From: Naegleria gruberi
Lineage: Eukaryota
DNA length: 64,000 nucleotides
Strand: one strand, 5' to 3'
Assembly (NCBI GenBank): GCA_000004985.1
Contig: GG738907.1
Position numbers and translations under genes: made by a program. The notes beneath the pieces are model-generated. The model was given only the letters and a program-made list of their open reading frames with translations. It did not search any database and was not told the DNA's origin. Shown here piece after piece: positions 1 to 10,199 of the stretch (the stretch's first letter is position 1; each line of letters starts with the position of its first letter).

Positions 1-1
1 A

Positions 2-2188
2 CTCTACTTGCAGGAGATTTTCGAAAAGAAGAAACTTGGAAGTGAGAGTGATGAGGACACTGCAGAAGTACCTGCAACTTTATCTCATGATGCAATTCCT
101 AATCCTGTTGAAATGTTAATTTCACGTTATACTAATATGAGTTTACCAATTCAAAATTTCCAAAAGAAGCTTAATAAGGACACTACTAGTGATACCTTCT
201 TTTTATCAGTCAATGATACATTTGGACCATTTACTCCATTTGTTGACCCAGACCAACCAAAGATTATTTCAGATCAAGAAGATGTCAAAATAATTGATCC
301 AGAAGGTCTACAAAAGTACATACTCACATTCACAGAAATTACTCTCAAATTTACGTATAAGAATATTTTCACTCAAGGTACATTCCCAGAACTTTTAATT
401 TGGGATATTGCTCTCAGTTATGATTTTTCAACAGGAGCTGGTGTCATTCCTGTAACTTTGAGATATGATGTTGGATTAGGTCTTGAAAATGAACAAGATT
501 TTAATGCTGCTAACGTGTTATCCTCACCTCTAACTTGGATTTCAATCCTCATTATTGTCTTTGCTTTATTTTCACTTTTCTTGATATTCCGTGCCATTTA
601 CAGATCCTTCAGATTTATTAAGAAGGCTATGAAAAAGGACAGAAGCATTTTCCAAATGATGCTTATGGAAAGCACTGACGATATGGATGAAACTGAACAA
701 AAATCAGTCGATCTTCACAACAGTAGTGTTTTATCTGAAAGTACACCTCTTGTAGGCATTAATAATTCTTCTCCACAAACCAAACCAGTTGCAGTTAAGA
801 ATGCTAAGAAGAGATTTGATGAAGAAATGAACGAAAGTTATGGAAGTGCTATTAGTGGTATGACTTTCACAAGTCAATACTATCAACATGTACTGGATAA
901 GCACCAATCTGAATTACATCAATTACAAACACAAAAGGAGGAAGAAGAAGATTTTACACCATCAAAGAAAGTACATTTGCCAGGAATACCATTCAGAATT
1001 GTTACTGGAGAAATTGGAGTCCCAACCCCAGAACATATCATTGCAGCAAAGGCAGAACTCAGTCCTAACTTTACACCAAAACTCAAACACAAACTCAAAT
1101 TCTTCAATCCATGGCACGTACTTGGTATTATTTCAAATCTGTTTTGTATTGTTTCCAGTTGCATGGTTTTCACAAACGTTACCTATCAGTATTTCTCCTT
1201 GGATGCTACTAATATTTTGTTAGGTTTGAGTGCCATTTTCATGTGGGCCAATATTGTTCAATATCTCTCTCACAGTCCAAAGTTCTACGTTTTGATCAAG
1301 TCTTTGAGAAAGGGTCTTCCAAATATTGGTAGATTCATTATTGGTGCTGCACCATTGTTGATTGGTTATGCTCTTTGTGGTATGGTTTTGTTTGGTTCTT
1401 ACACTGAAAGTTTCCAAGGTTTCCAAAATTCTCTTATCACACTCTTCAGTGCTGCAAATGGTGACGCTTTGATTGATACTTTTAACTCATTATTTGGACA
1501 AAACTCAGTTATTGCCTACTTTTCAAGAATTTATCTTGTTACCTTTGTATGCCTCTTCACATACAGTGTTATTAACATCTTTATTCTTATCATGGAAGAC
1601 GCTTACTTTAGTGTTAAGGAAGCAAATATTAAGAAGGAAGCTGCAGAGGCTGCTGCTCAAGCCATCGAAGAATTCAAGAAGGGAGGAAAGGGAGGAGCAG
1701 GTTCTCAAAATCAACAAGGTGGAAATGAAAATGATACTCGTTCAGATTCTATGTTCAATGATGCTGGTTCATGGAAGAAAGGTGGTCAAAACGATGAGGA
1801 TGATGATGTTGAAAGATTACAGGATGAACGTTCCAAGATTGACGTCCTTATTAATTTACTCAGTGAATTGAGATCAGGACAATTATTAGGTGAAGGTGAA
1901 GAGCAAGATCCTCAAAATACTATCCAACAAAAGAATTTGAGTGAAAAACTTACAAGACTCTTGGTTAATAGAAACTTGAAGAAAATTAGAAGAAAGAAGA
2001 GTGACCCTTATATGAAGAGTGCTCTGAGTAGCTCTTTCAAAAAGTTTGAAGTTGGTAGCTTTGGAGAAAAGAAAAAGAAGGAAACTAAATTCAATTTGGA
2101 TCTCAATGAATCAATTGATGATGGCACTCTCATTGAAGTCTATGATGAAGATGATGAGATGGCATCTCCAACTCCTCCAAATCTCTAA
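2..2188 (+). CDS. TRPML (mucolipin)/PKD-type six-TM cation channel. The 5' end is cut by the window edge: the ORF is open to position 2 and the listed start at 8 is a TTG codon.
   Basis: Translation shows TM helices (WISILIIVFALFSLFLIF, WHVLGIISNLFCIVSSCMVF, ILLGLSAIFMWANIVQYL, FIIGAAPLLIGYALCGMVLFG, IYLVTFVCLFTYSVINIFILIMEDAY). The pore-helix motif LFSAANGDALIDTF resembles the TRPML signature LFSLINGDDMF. A large loop lies between the first visible TM helix and the next. Stop codon is TAA at 2186. Confidence 0.6.
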   Translation, partial: LYLQEIFEKKKLGSESDEDTAEVPATLSHDAIPNPVEMLISRYTNMSLPIQNFQKKLNKDTTSDTFFLSVNDTFGPFTPFVDPDQPKIISDQEDVKIIDPEGLQKYILTFTEITLKFTYKNIFTQGTFPELLIWDIALSYDFSTGAGVIPVTLRYDVGLGLENEQDFNAANVLSSPLTWISILIIVFALFSLFLIFRAIYRSFRFIKKAMKKDRSIFQMMLMESTDDMDETEQKSVDLHNSSVLSESTPLVGINNSSPQTKPVAVKNAKKRFDEEMNESYGSAISGMTFTSQYYQHVLDKHQSELHQLQTQKEEEEDFTPSKKVHLPGIPFRIVTGEIGVPTPEHIIAAKAELSPNFTPKLKHKLKFFNPWHVLGIISNLFCIVSSCMVFTNVTYQYFSLDATNILLGLSAIFMWANIVQYLSHSPKFYVLIKSLRKGLPNIGRFIIGAAPLLIGYALCGMVLFGSYTESFQGFQNSLITLFSAANGDALIDTFNSLFGQNSVIAYFSRIYLVTFVCLFTYSVINIFILIMEDAYFSVKEANIKKEAAEAAAQAIEEFKKGGKGGAGSQNQQGGNENDTRSDSMFNDAGSWKKGGQNDEDDDVERLQDERSKIDVLINLLSELRSGQLLGEGEEQDPQNTIQQKNLSEKLTRLLVNRNLKKIRRKKSDPYMKSALSSSFKKFEVGSFGEKKKKETKFNLDLNESIDDGTLIEVYDEDDEMASPTPPNL

Positions 2189-2340
2189 ATAATTTATTAT
2201 TAAAATACTTTTCTATTTACACATGTTGGAATACTTGTTTGTAGGTTTTTCCACTCAACTACTACCGAAATATTGTAGGTTGTATTTCTTGTGAAAAGTA
2301 AATCTTAAAATAAAATATAAAAAAATACACTAGATCGAAA

Positions 2341-3293
2341 ATGAGTATTACCCTTGATCGTTTGGACCAACTCCTCTCTGAAACCCCTAAGTCCTCATCT
2401 ACTACAACTAGTACCACAACCTCCACTACTCAAAAAAAGAATAACAAGAATAACAATAACGACAATGGAAAGAAGGAAAAGAAATTCGTAAAGAAGGGTA
2501 TGTTAAAAAATAATAACAATTTATTCTGATCGTGCATATGATGATAGATAATAATACAACACAAAAGAAGCCTTTCAACAAGCAAAACAAAAATAATAAT
2601 AATTACAAAAAGAAGAACCCAGCTCCTGAAGACTTGGTTTTCCAAATTACTGTACCAAAATCTCACGGAAAGAAGGATGATGATAAAACATCGTTCAATT
2701 ACAAACAAAACAAAGTTCAAAAGAATCAAAAGAAAACACAAAATACTAAACCTAAGAAATCAAGAAATTATTCATCCGATGAAGAGGATCACAAAAAGCC
2801 AAAGAAATCAAACAATAACAACAATAACAACAATAATAACAATAATACTGAAAATATTGCGGATATTGTAAGACAAGTCCTCAAGGAAACTCTTTCACAA
2901 CAACCTTCAACACAACAAACTCCAACATATACACCAATTTCTATACCAATCGGTAATCCAGGAGCTTATTGGCCTCAATATCCAGGCAATAATCCTACAA
3001 CAATTGTATTACAAACACCAACACCACAAGTATCAACAAATCAACAATCTGAACCATCAAGAAAGAAAAAGTCTAGACATAGCGATAGTGAGGAATCTGA
3101 TAATGATAGAAGAAATGATAGACGTCAAAATAATAAGAAAAATCCAAGAGATGAAAGACGTATCAATCAATCCAATAATAGAGAACAAAAGCAAGATAAG
3201 AAAGATGATAAGTATAACAAATTTAATGACTTCCGTATTGTGAGTGAAAGAGGAGAACGTAAGGTAACTAAGATCAATAAGACACGTAGATAA
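2341..3293 (+). CDS. Lys/Asn/Thr-rich low-complexity basic protein. Two-exon model: 2341..2497 and 2548..3293, with a 50-nt GTATGT...CTGATCG...TAG intron.
   Basis: ORFs 2341..2529 and 2532..3293 are in different frames. They join in frame if intron 2498..2547 is removed (5' splice site GTATGT, branch-like TTCTGATCG, 3' TAG). Product has a TTTSTTTSTT tract, N12 tract, K-rich stretches and SDEE/SDSEESD acidic patches typical of nucleolar or nuclear proteins. Confidence 0.4.
2813..2850 (+). repeat. (AAT/AAC)n microsatellite encoding poly-Asn inside the CDS
   Basis: aacaataacaacaataacaacaataataacaataat, translated SNNNNNNNNNNNNT. Confidence 0.8.
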
Positions 3294-3461
3294 ATAAGCT
3301 TAATAAAATAACTAAGTTCACCAAGATTCCAAATTTTCTGTTGTGTTTTCTAATAGAACAAGTTTATTTTAAGATTAATCCTCATCAAACAGACAATTTA
3401 CCGCCAAAAAACTACACATTTTTGTACGAAGAAAAATAAACGGTTCCTTAGATTAAAAAAA

Positions 3462-6400
3462 ATGAGTGAAGACGGGGATGTCTTTCATCCCATAGCCGAC
3501 GATAATGGTTATTCGAGGCCTCTTTCATCGGCCAGTGATACATCCTCGGCTCGTCGAACAAAGATGAAGAAACAAAAAGTAGTAAAAAAGATGGATGAAA
3601 ATGGGGAATTAAGATACTACAACCCAAACACTGGAGAGGATGTCACGGAAAAAGTACTTAGACAAAAGAAGAAGAAGAAAACATCCACTGCTGAAAATGT
3701 GGTTGAGACTGAAATGAAGGAAGTACAAAGACCATCAATTACTCCTCCACCAACTGTCAGAAACCATTCCCCTATTCAACCTTCTGTACCAGATCAACCA
3801 ACACATCAGCTAACAACTCAACCAACACAATTAGATGAAACTGAATCGGATTATAAATCACCTGAAGAGGATGAAACAAAAACTGGTCGGAAATATTCCC
3901 CTCCTTCGCATCACTCACAACATTCACAACAGAGTGAAACAAAGGAAGTGCCGAGACACACTATTACTCCTCCACCAACTGTCAGGAACCATTCTACTAT
4001 TCAACCTTCTGTTTCAAATCAGCCAACAGATAAATCAGAAAAATTGGATGAAACTGATTTGGATTATAATCAAGAAGATGAAACCAATAGTGGTAGGAAA
4101 CATTCTCCTCCAGTTGCAGAAGAGAGCCAAGATGACTCAGGAGAGTCCTCAGTTACTGAACCATCTGAAAACGGTTTGGTCAAGGAATCTCCAATGGATG
4201 ATCTCTATAAGGAATCTAATCAACCAGCTGCAGCATTAACTAGTGGAGCAGGTGGATTATCTGCAATCAGTCATAATATTCAAAGCCAGTCAAATAACTT
4301 GTGGTCAATGAGTGGAATTTCGAAACTGTACCGAAGAGGATTGAATTTTGTGAGGACATTCTCTTTTGTTGACCCTCAACAGGTGCCAGACATTAAATCA
4401 ACTAAACATGCGCTTTTTGATTCCAGTAAGAGAAATGATACAGAGAAGATGACAAGGCCGATTTTATCTCTGCACATCAAAGGTGCTGATATGTTGACAT
4501 TGGATGAACATTTAGTTCACCCATCTGTAAAAGTCTCAGTTTGTGATATTACAACTGGTCAATACCTAAGAACAGCAACCCTAAATGATAAATCCACTGA
4601 GGTGGTACTTCCACAAATGACCCTTCCTTTCAATATGAAGAAAACCAAAAGCTTAGTTCCAGTTTGGAATGACATTATGTATTTTGACACGTTATACAAT
4701 CACTTCCTGAAAGATAATGTTGTTTTTATATTTGAGCTAATTGATTTTAGTTTTGAGAAGGGTGAGTACCAGATAGCGTGGGGGTTCCTTCGACCTGTAA
4801 GCACAAGTGGAAGATCAAACTCAGAGAAGAATCTAAGAATAAGACTTTTCAAATATCCTAGAAAGTTACAGCAAATTGACTGGTCAAAATTGTTTTCTAG
4901 ACCTAACCAACAAAACACAGCAACTCAACCAAAAGTACCTACCATTGAAGCTTTTCAACTTTATCAATCAAGAGATAAGGTTAAACTTTATCCATCAACT
5001 CTGTATATAGAAATGAAGGCAATTCAAAGACCTCCAAAGAGAAAAGTCGCCTACCCTAATCGCCCTCAGAAACCTAATGAAATTGAAATAGGACGTCTAA
5101 CATTGACCGAGCTTCTTGAAAGCAACAATGAAGAGGTTGTAAATATTGTTCAGTCTGAAGAAATTAAAGAGAAAAAGAAGGAACAATCCCTGCAAAGGTT
5201 GAAAGTTAAAAGAGAGATTAATGAACCTTGTGAAATACCAACAAAGTTGCTACATCAATTTGACTCTGGTGACAAGGGATGTCTCTGTATGGAATTTTCA
5301 AAATCAGGTCAATACTTAGCTTGTGGATGTCATTCCACTGATGGAATTGGAATTCTCAAGATATTCGATATTTATGAAGGGTCAATTATGGATGTACTCA
5401 ATGCTCACGTAGAGTTGATATACAGTATTGATTGGAACAATGATGATTCTGAATTGATCACCGCCTCATCCGATGGTACAGTGAAAGTATGGAATGTGGA
5501 GTATGACAAGAAGAAGAGCTCAGCAAGAAAGCCAAAATTACTGGCCACCTTTCAACATCCTTCATTTGTTTATTGTGCAAAATTTCATCCAACTTGCAAG
5601 AAGCTGATAATCACTGGAAGTTATGATAAGAGAATTAGAGTTTTCAACAGAGAAACTAATAAGATTGTCAAAGAATTAGAAGGTCATACCTCAAGAATTA
5701 GTAGTGTGTCCTTTGATGTAGCAGGTACAAGAATGTACTCAGCAAGTGGTGATGGTGTTATTAAAATTTGGAGTTGTAGACTTCGAGAAGACTCCTCAGT
5801 TGAGGATATAACTAACTCGTTTGCTTGTATGAGAACAATACAGGATAATGACCTTACCAAATCAGCTGTTACTTGCATTAGATCAGATCCTAAATATTCC
5901 CAGGAAAGAATATTTGTGCATTCACAAGACAACATGCTTAGACGACTTGACACTGGTCTTAAGAACGTTAGAAACAGATATCATGGTGTAAAATGTTTCA
6001 TCAATTCTCAAAAGTCCAACATTAGTCCCGATGGAAAATACCTGATATCAGGCTCAGATATTGGAAAAGTCTATCTGTGGAATGTTGAAACTGAGGAATT
6101 AATATTTAAAGAAGGAAAAGATTATGGTTTTGAAGAATCACCTGTATACGACATTGCTTGGAGCTCTAAAGAACACGTTATTGCATTGTGTTCATTTGAT
6201 GGAAACCAACCAATAAGAGTATATTGTTTTGAAAAACCAGTTGACCAATCAGCAGAAAAAGAAAATCATTCACAAGTGCCAAAAACTTCAATGCCTGGAG
6301 TAGCTATTAAAACAGACAAACCAGAACTAAACAATCCCAACCTTACTGCAACTAATACATCTAACCAAACTGTAAATAGAAATAATTCACTATTCCCTTT

Positions 6401-6512
6401 CTCATTTGGAAGGGCAAAAACTCCAGACCCATTTAAACTCAATCTTCCAACCCCTAATAATAGTTTAGCTAGACCTAAGACATCAATGATTCTTAAAAGT
6501 GCAAAACCATAG
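3462..6512 (+). CDS. WD40-repeat protein (1016 aa). The N-terminal half is disordered; the C-terminal ~500 aa is a beta-propeller.
   Basis: ATG start with A-rich context. Multiple WD-like repeats (GHTSRISSVSFDVAGTRMYSASGDGVIKIW; ITASSDGTVKVWN; ISGSDIGKVYLWN). Internal near-duplicate TITPPPTVRNHS[P/T]IQPSV segments. TAG stop at 6510. Confidence 0.7.
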   Translation: MSEDGDVFHPIADDNGYSRPLSSASDTSSARRTKMKKQKVVKKMDENGELRYYNPNTGEDVTEKVLRQKKKKKTSTAENVVETEMKEVQRPSITPPPTVRNHSPIQPSVPDQPTHQLTTQPTQLDETESDYKSPEEDETKTGRKYSPPSHHSQHSQQSETKEVPRHTITPPPTVRNHSTIQPSVSNQPTDKSEKLDETDLDYNQEDETNSGRKHSPPVAEESQDDSGESSVTEPSENGLVKESPMDDLYKESNQPAAALTSGAGGLSAISHNIQSQSNNLWSMSGISKLYRRGLNFVRTFSFVDPQQVPDIKSTKHALFDSSKRNDTEKMTRPILSLHIKGADMLTLDEHLVHPSVKVSVCDITTGQYLRTATLNDKSTEVVLPQMTLPFNMKKTKSLVPVWNDIMYFDTLYNHFLKDNVVFIFELIDFSFEKGEYQIAWGFLRPVSTSGRSNSEKNLRIRLFKYPRKLQQIDWSKLFSRPNQQNTATQPKVPTIEAFQLYQSRDKVKLYPSTLYIEMKAIQRPPKRKVAYPNRPQKPNEIEIGRLTLTELLESNNEEVVNIVQSEEIKEKKKEQSLQRLKVKREINEPCEIPTKLLHQFDSGDKGCLCMEFSKSGQYLACGCHSTDGIGILKIFDIYEGSIMDVLNAHVELIYSIDWNNDDSELITASSDGTVKVWNVEYDKKKSSARKPKLLATFQHPSFVYCAKFHPTCKKLIITGSYDKRIRVFNRETNKIVKELEGHTSRISSVSFDVAGTRMYSASGDGVIKIWSCRLREDSSVEDITNSFACMRTIQDNDLTKSAVTCIRSDPKYSQERIFVHSQDNMLRRLDTGLKNVRNRYHGVKCFINSQKSNISPDGKYLISGSDIGKVYLWNVETEELIFKEGKDYGFEESPVYDIAWSSKEHVIALCSFDGNQPIRVYCFEKPVDQSAEKENHSQVPKTSMPGVAIKTDKPELNNPNLTATNTSNQTVNRNNSLFPFSFGRAKTPDPFKLNLPTPNNSLARPKTSMILKSAKP

Positions 6513-6562
6513 TCCACAAATAAATTATTTATTCTCTAGAAATGGATTTAATACTCTCAAAA

Positions 6563-7162
6563 TTATTTAGTTCTTTTAAGGAATCCTTTTGTACAATTTT
6601 CAAAATAATTTACAAAATTATTTAATCCTTCATTTGAACTGTATTTTATCCTAACTTTGGCAGTTCTAGTTTCATTAATTGTAGTTTCTATCAAATAAGT
6701 AATATTATTGGTGCTCTCACAATAATTATAAAATGTAATAGAATTAACATTTACACCAGAAGCAAGTGTATATATATGAAAAGACTCTAATAAATTATCC
6801 AAATCAGACTTGATTTGATCGTTTTCTGCACTTTTGTCCAAAACAGAATATTCCAAAGTAACGTGCATATCTCCGAATTGTTTCCACAATGTTTTGTATT
6901 CCTCTGTAGAATATTCCTTGACATTTTGATTCATTCTAATTTGCGATATTAACTCTATCGATTTTTCTTCATCTTCCGAATGATGAAAAGATTCCCCGTG
7001 TTTTTGTTGATTTGTATAATATAAAGCCTGTGAAGATTCCATAAATTCATCAGTATCAATTTCATCCTTTGGTGATGTGTGTTTACTCCAAGATTTTTCA
7101 CCACCACCATTATTTGTGGCTGATGAATCACCACCAAAACAGCAGCACAACATTCGCTTCAT
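6563..7162 (-). CDS. Hypothetical protein (199 aa) with N-terminal MKRMLCCCFGG, a possible palmitoylation Cys cluster
   Basis: Intact ATG-to-stop ORF. Codon usage is consistent with its neighbours. No recognisable domain. Confidence 0.45.
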   Translation of the reverse strand: MKRMLCCCFGGDSSATNNGGGEKSWSKHTSPKDEIDTDEFMESSQALYYTNQQKHGESFHHSEDEEKSIELISQIRMNQNVKEYSTEEYKTLWKQFGDMHVTLEYSVLDKSAENDQIKSDLDNLLESFHIYTLASGVNVNSITFYNYCESTNNITYLIETTINETRTAKVRIKYSSNEGLNNFVNYFENCTKGFLKRTK

Positions 7163-7380
7163 TTTTTTTCAATGTATTTGTTATCCGTCACTCAATCTCG
7201 AAGAAAGGAATTAGAAGCAATTACAATGATTATCTTTGATGTAAAATAATGATATATATTGAACTTTTTACTGCATGTAATTGGAATAAGGATAAATTTT
7301 GTAAAATGATTAAGGAAAATTTTTGTAAAATTTATTCACACATGATGGAACATATTGATTCAGGTTGATTGGGTTGTGAA

Positions 7381-8232
7381 CTAGAATGTAATGACAATTA
7401 TTTTAGAATCTCTAACAAATCCATAATTCATTAACCTTTCCTTGTCATCCAACAATCGGCCGAAAGCAACCATTTTAGAGGTGTCTGGAAATGGTCGTTC
7501 AATATTTAATAAATTTCTTAATTCCCCAACCGTGTAAAGCTGGCTCACTTTGTTTGTTTTAAATCTGATTGGTGTTTTTGCTCCATTTCTACTTATTGAA
7601 TCAACTATAATTGAAAATCCACCATCAATATTAACAATTTGATCGAAAGATTGATTATTATCTTTGAGATGTTGAGAGAGGTAACTTCTTAATGAGACTT
7701 GTTCAATATCAATATGAATTTTCTCATACTTGTGAGCATGATCAAGTTCCTTCACTCTTAGACAATCCTTCAAATGGATTTCTTTCAAGTCATGCAACTG
7801 ATTTGTAATGTCCTTCAATAAATTGCTATCCATCATGAAAAATCCGTTCAAATTCAATTCTTTGACTCTCAAAAAACATTTCCCAATATTATTTCTCAAA
7901 CCCTCTCCAATTCTCCTCATCTTTTCAAAATCCAATTTAAGGCTCTCTTTCTTCATCAAATCTGCCTCCGAGGGATCATCCAATCGGAAGTAAAACCTCT
8001 TTTCCATGCCAAAACTAATAGTTCCCTCTTTCTTTATCCTCTCCAGAATTGATTTAAAAAGAGGAGACAAATCAACCACAGAGCAGCCATACATAATTCC
8101 GTGATGAATTAGAGAGGATTCACTCCTCCATTTCATCCACTGTTTTAATATTGTGAGGGTGCAGGTGCAGCCATCACCAAATGGCTCAACAAAGGACAGT
8201 ATATAGGCCCAAACCTCTCTCGGAATTTCCAT
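7381..8232 (-). CDS. F-box-like / leucine-rich-repeat protein. The real ATG is at 8232; the listed start at 8235 is a GTG codon.
   Basis: N-terminal IPREVWAYILSFVEP is F-box-like. LRR-like segments follow (LKELNLNGFFMMDSNLLKDITNQLHDLKEIHLKDCLRVKEL). The C-terminus may be ubiquitin-like. Confidence 0.5.
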   Translation of the reverse strand: MEIPREVWAYILSFVEPFGDGCTCTLTILKQWMKWRSESSLIHHGIMYGCSVVDLSPLFKSILERIKKEGTISFGMEKRFYFRLDDPSEADLMKKESLKLDFEKMRRIGEGLRNNIGKCFLRVKELNLNGFFMMDSNLLKDITNQLHDLKEIHLKDCLRVKELDHAHKYEKIHIDIEQVSLRSYLSQHLKDNNQSFDQIVNIDGGFSIIVDSISRNGAKTPIRFKTNKVSQLYTVGELRNLLNIERPFPDTSKMVAFGRLLDDKERLMNYGFVRDSKIIVITF

Positions 8233-8410
8233 CACACAATTGATGATTTATTGGATATTTTTTTTTATTGTAAAATTGTTCATCGATTTGAATTATTTCA
8301 AAATCCACAAATTCGTTACAAAGTATTGTTCATTTGAAAAATTGACCAGTTTACAAAAAGAGAACTTTGGAACTAATATTCAAGATTCTTTTAAAATTCA
8401 ATCAAAAAAA

Positions 8411-9025
8411 ATGTTTAAACAACTTGGATCTCTTCTCAGTAGGAAGAGGGTGAGGCTGAACAAATCATCAATAAATTCCCTCTTCCATTTTGATAACTGT
8501 CAACAATCAAAAGGTTTGCCAAATTATCATGATCGGAAATTTTCAACAATTTTCAACAAACAATTTAACAAGGATGAAAATAATACCGAACCTGATTTTT
8601 ATACAACACAAGTTACTAAAGAACAGCTTGTCAAAATAATTGATCTCAAAGTAGTGCTTTCTTCCCCTGCATTTGATAAAACTAGACTTGATCAACTTGA
8701 CCAGAAAATCAAAAAGAATCAAAGAGAATTCCCTGAGAAAGCTCTTCCTTCTGAAATTTTGGGCGAATTGGTGAAAGGTATCATGGACTTTTCCATATTT
8801 ATGTTTGTAAATCGTTCAATGGAACAAGATAAATACGAGCTAATTGAGAATTTAGATGAGATGAAGAGACAGGCCGTTTATTTAATGTTGAAATTCTCAA
8901 CTTTTAATTGTTTATTGATTAAGGGAGTTTATCAAGAGTGGTTTAGTTTTGAAGATTTGAAAAATATGTATCCTCCTGTTTCGCATGGAATAGATATTGA
9001 GGGAAAGGATATTGTAACAATATGA
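8411..9025 (+). CDS. Hypothetical protein. Preferred start is the ATG at 8411 (MFKQLGSLLSRKRVRLNKSS, presequence-like). The track start at 8240 is a TTG codon only 8 nt from the divergent neighbour's ATG.
   Basis: Long ORF with an amphipathic basic N-terminus after the 8411 ATG. No recognised domain. Confidence 0.4.
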   Translation: MFKQLGSLLSRKRVRLNKSSINSLFHFDNCQQSKGLPNYHDRKFSTIFNKQFNKDENNTEPDFYTTQVTKEQLVKIIDLKVVLSSPAFDKTRLDQLDQKIKKNQREFPEKALPSEILGELVKGIMDFSIFMFVNRSMEQDKYELIENLDEMKRQAVYLMLKFSTFNCLLIKGVYQEWFSFEDLKNMYPPVSHGIDIEGKDIVTI

Positions 9026-9178
9026 TCAAGTGAATTATTATTCAGTATTGACTGAACTAATACTGATCGACTTTGTAAATGTCGAACAAGTGACAACAAG
9101 AGAAAAACTCATGTGCATGGTTAGTTTAATCTGTTTGGAAATTCAAAAGAAGGTACAATTACAATATACAACAGATGA

Positions 9179-10009
9179 TTGATACATAGATTTATTGAAT
9201 TGTATCCAGTTGTGAAACAAATGTATTCCACACCATCTGAAGGAGATATCGACAAGTCATGGACAGATATTTTAGAGAGGGTCTATTCTGAGGATGAATT
9301 TGATTGGTACCACGATTTGGAAACAGATCTTCCAATACATTTAGGTGGCATGTATAACATCTTTAAAGAGTTTATTAGAAATTCTCAAGACGGTTCAATG
9401 TTAAGGGTATTAGAAGAAGAGAGTAAGAGAGCTCCTAATAATCCATATATTCCCTATATCAAACTGATCGTCACTAATGACATCTCTTGTACTGATCAAT
9501 GTTTGAATATCTTGGCAAATGCTTACTCTCCTTCAAGAGTGGAAGATTTGAAGCGTATTGAATTGTTCGAAATTTTCAAGAATAAGAAACCACACTTAAG
9601 AATCAAGGATTTCAAATTTTTCCCTCAATTACTGCCCAGAGTTAAATATCAAAGCCGCAATGAAGCTCCTGATATATTGGATTCAACAGTGTTATTAGAT
9701 CAATTGGAGTACTATTCAAGAATACCATCTCATGTTGACCTTATTGTTGTAAAGTTTTTGGTTCATCTCAAAGCTGGACGATTTGAAGAGGCCTTACAAA
9801 ATTATCAATTTCTCTCCTATTTTGAAAAATCATTAACCAATGAATTGTTGTTCCTAACAACTAGGGCTGTTAGAGCAATGCTTATTTTGGGCTATCACAT
9901 TGAGGCTATTGAGCTAGTTGAAAAATTTAAGGATAAGTATGGGGATAAATATCCAGCTTGGGAAAAATTACTGCAAGAACAAAAGAATGTAGTAAATATA
10001 AAGAAATAA
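9179..10009 (+). CDS. Hypothetical helical protein (276 aa)
   Basis: Intact ORF ending in TAA at 10007. It shares a frame with the upstream ORF, but in-frame stops intervene. A possible CTGATC branch-like motif lies at 9063-9070, but no consistent intron could be built. Confidence 0.4.
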   Translation: MIHRFIELYPVVKQMYSTPSEGDIDKSWTDILERVYSEDEFDWYHDLETDLPIHLGGMYNIFKEFIRNSQDGSMLRVLEEESKRAPNNPYIPYIKLIVTNDISCTDQCLNILANAYSPSRVEDLKRIELFEIFKNKKPHLRIKDFKFFPQLLPRVKYQSRNEAPDILDSTVLLDQLEYYSRIPSHVDLIVVKFLVHLKAGRFEEALQNYQFLSYFEKSLTNELLFLTTRAVRAMLILGYHIEAIELVEKFKDKYGDKYPAWEKLLQEQKNVVNIKK

Positions 10010-10014
10010 AAAAA

Positions 10015-10095
10015 CGTTGAGGATGGGATTCGAACCCACGCGGATTTCTCCACCAACTTAGCAGGCTGGCGCCTTAACCACTCGGCCACCTCAAC
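10015..10095 (-). tRNA. tRNA-Ser(GCU): tRNA-Ser (anticodon GCU), 81 nt, class II with a long variable arm
   Basis: Reverse complement reads GTTGAGGTGGCCGAGTGGTTAAGGCGCCAGCCTGCTAAGTTGGTGGAGAAATCCGCGTGGGTTCGAATCCCATCCTCAACG. There is a 7-bp acceptor stem and a TTCGAAT T-loop. Anticodon loop is CTGCTAA. Variable arm is 14 nt. Confidence 0.85.
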
Positions 10096-10199
10096 TTCAC
10101 ATTATCGTGAATTCATTTTTTATGATCCTGATTTTCTTAATTTTGATTCATCAGCAATTATATGACTTGGAGAACAATGTGGAATTTTTAATTAGATAT

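Noticed and set aside
9026-9178. Joining ORFs 8240..9025 and 9179..10009 (same frame) into one gene via an intron around the ACTGATCG motif at 9063
   Set aside because: No GT...AG pair gives an in-frame junction without retaining one of four in-frame stops. The two are kept as separate genes.
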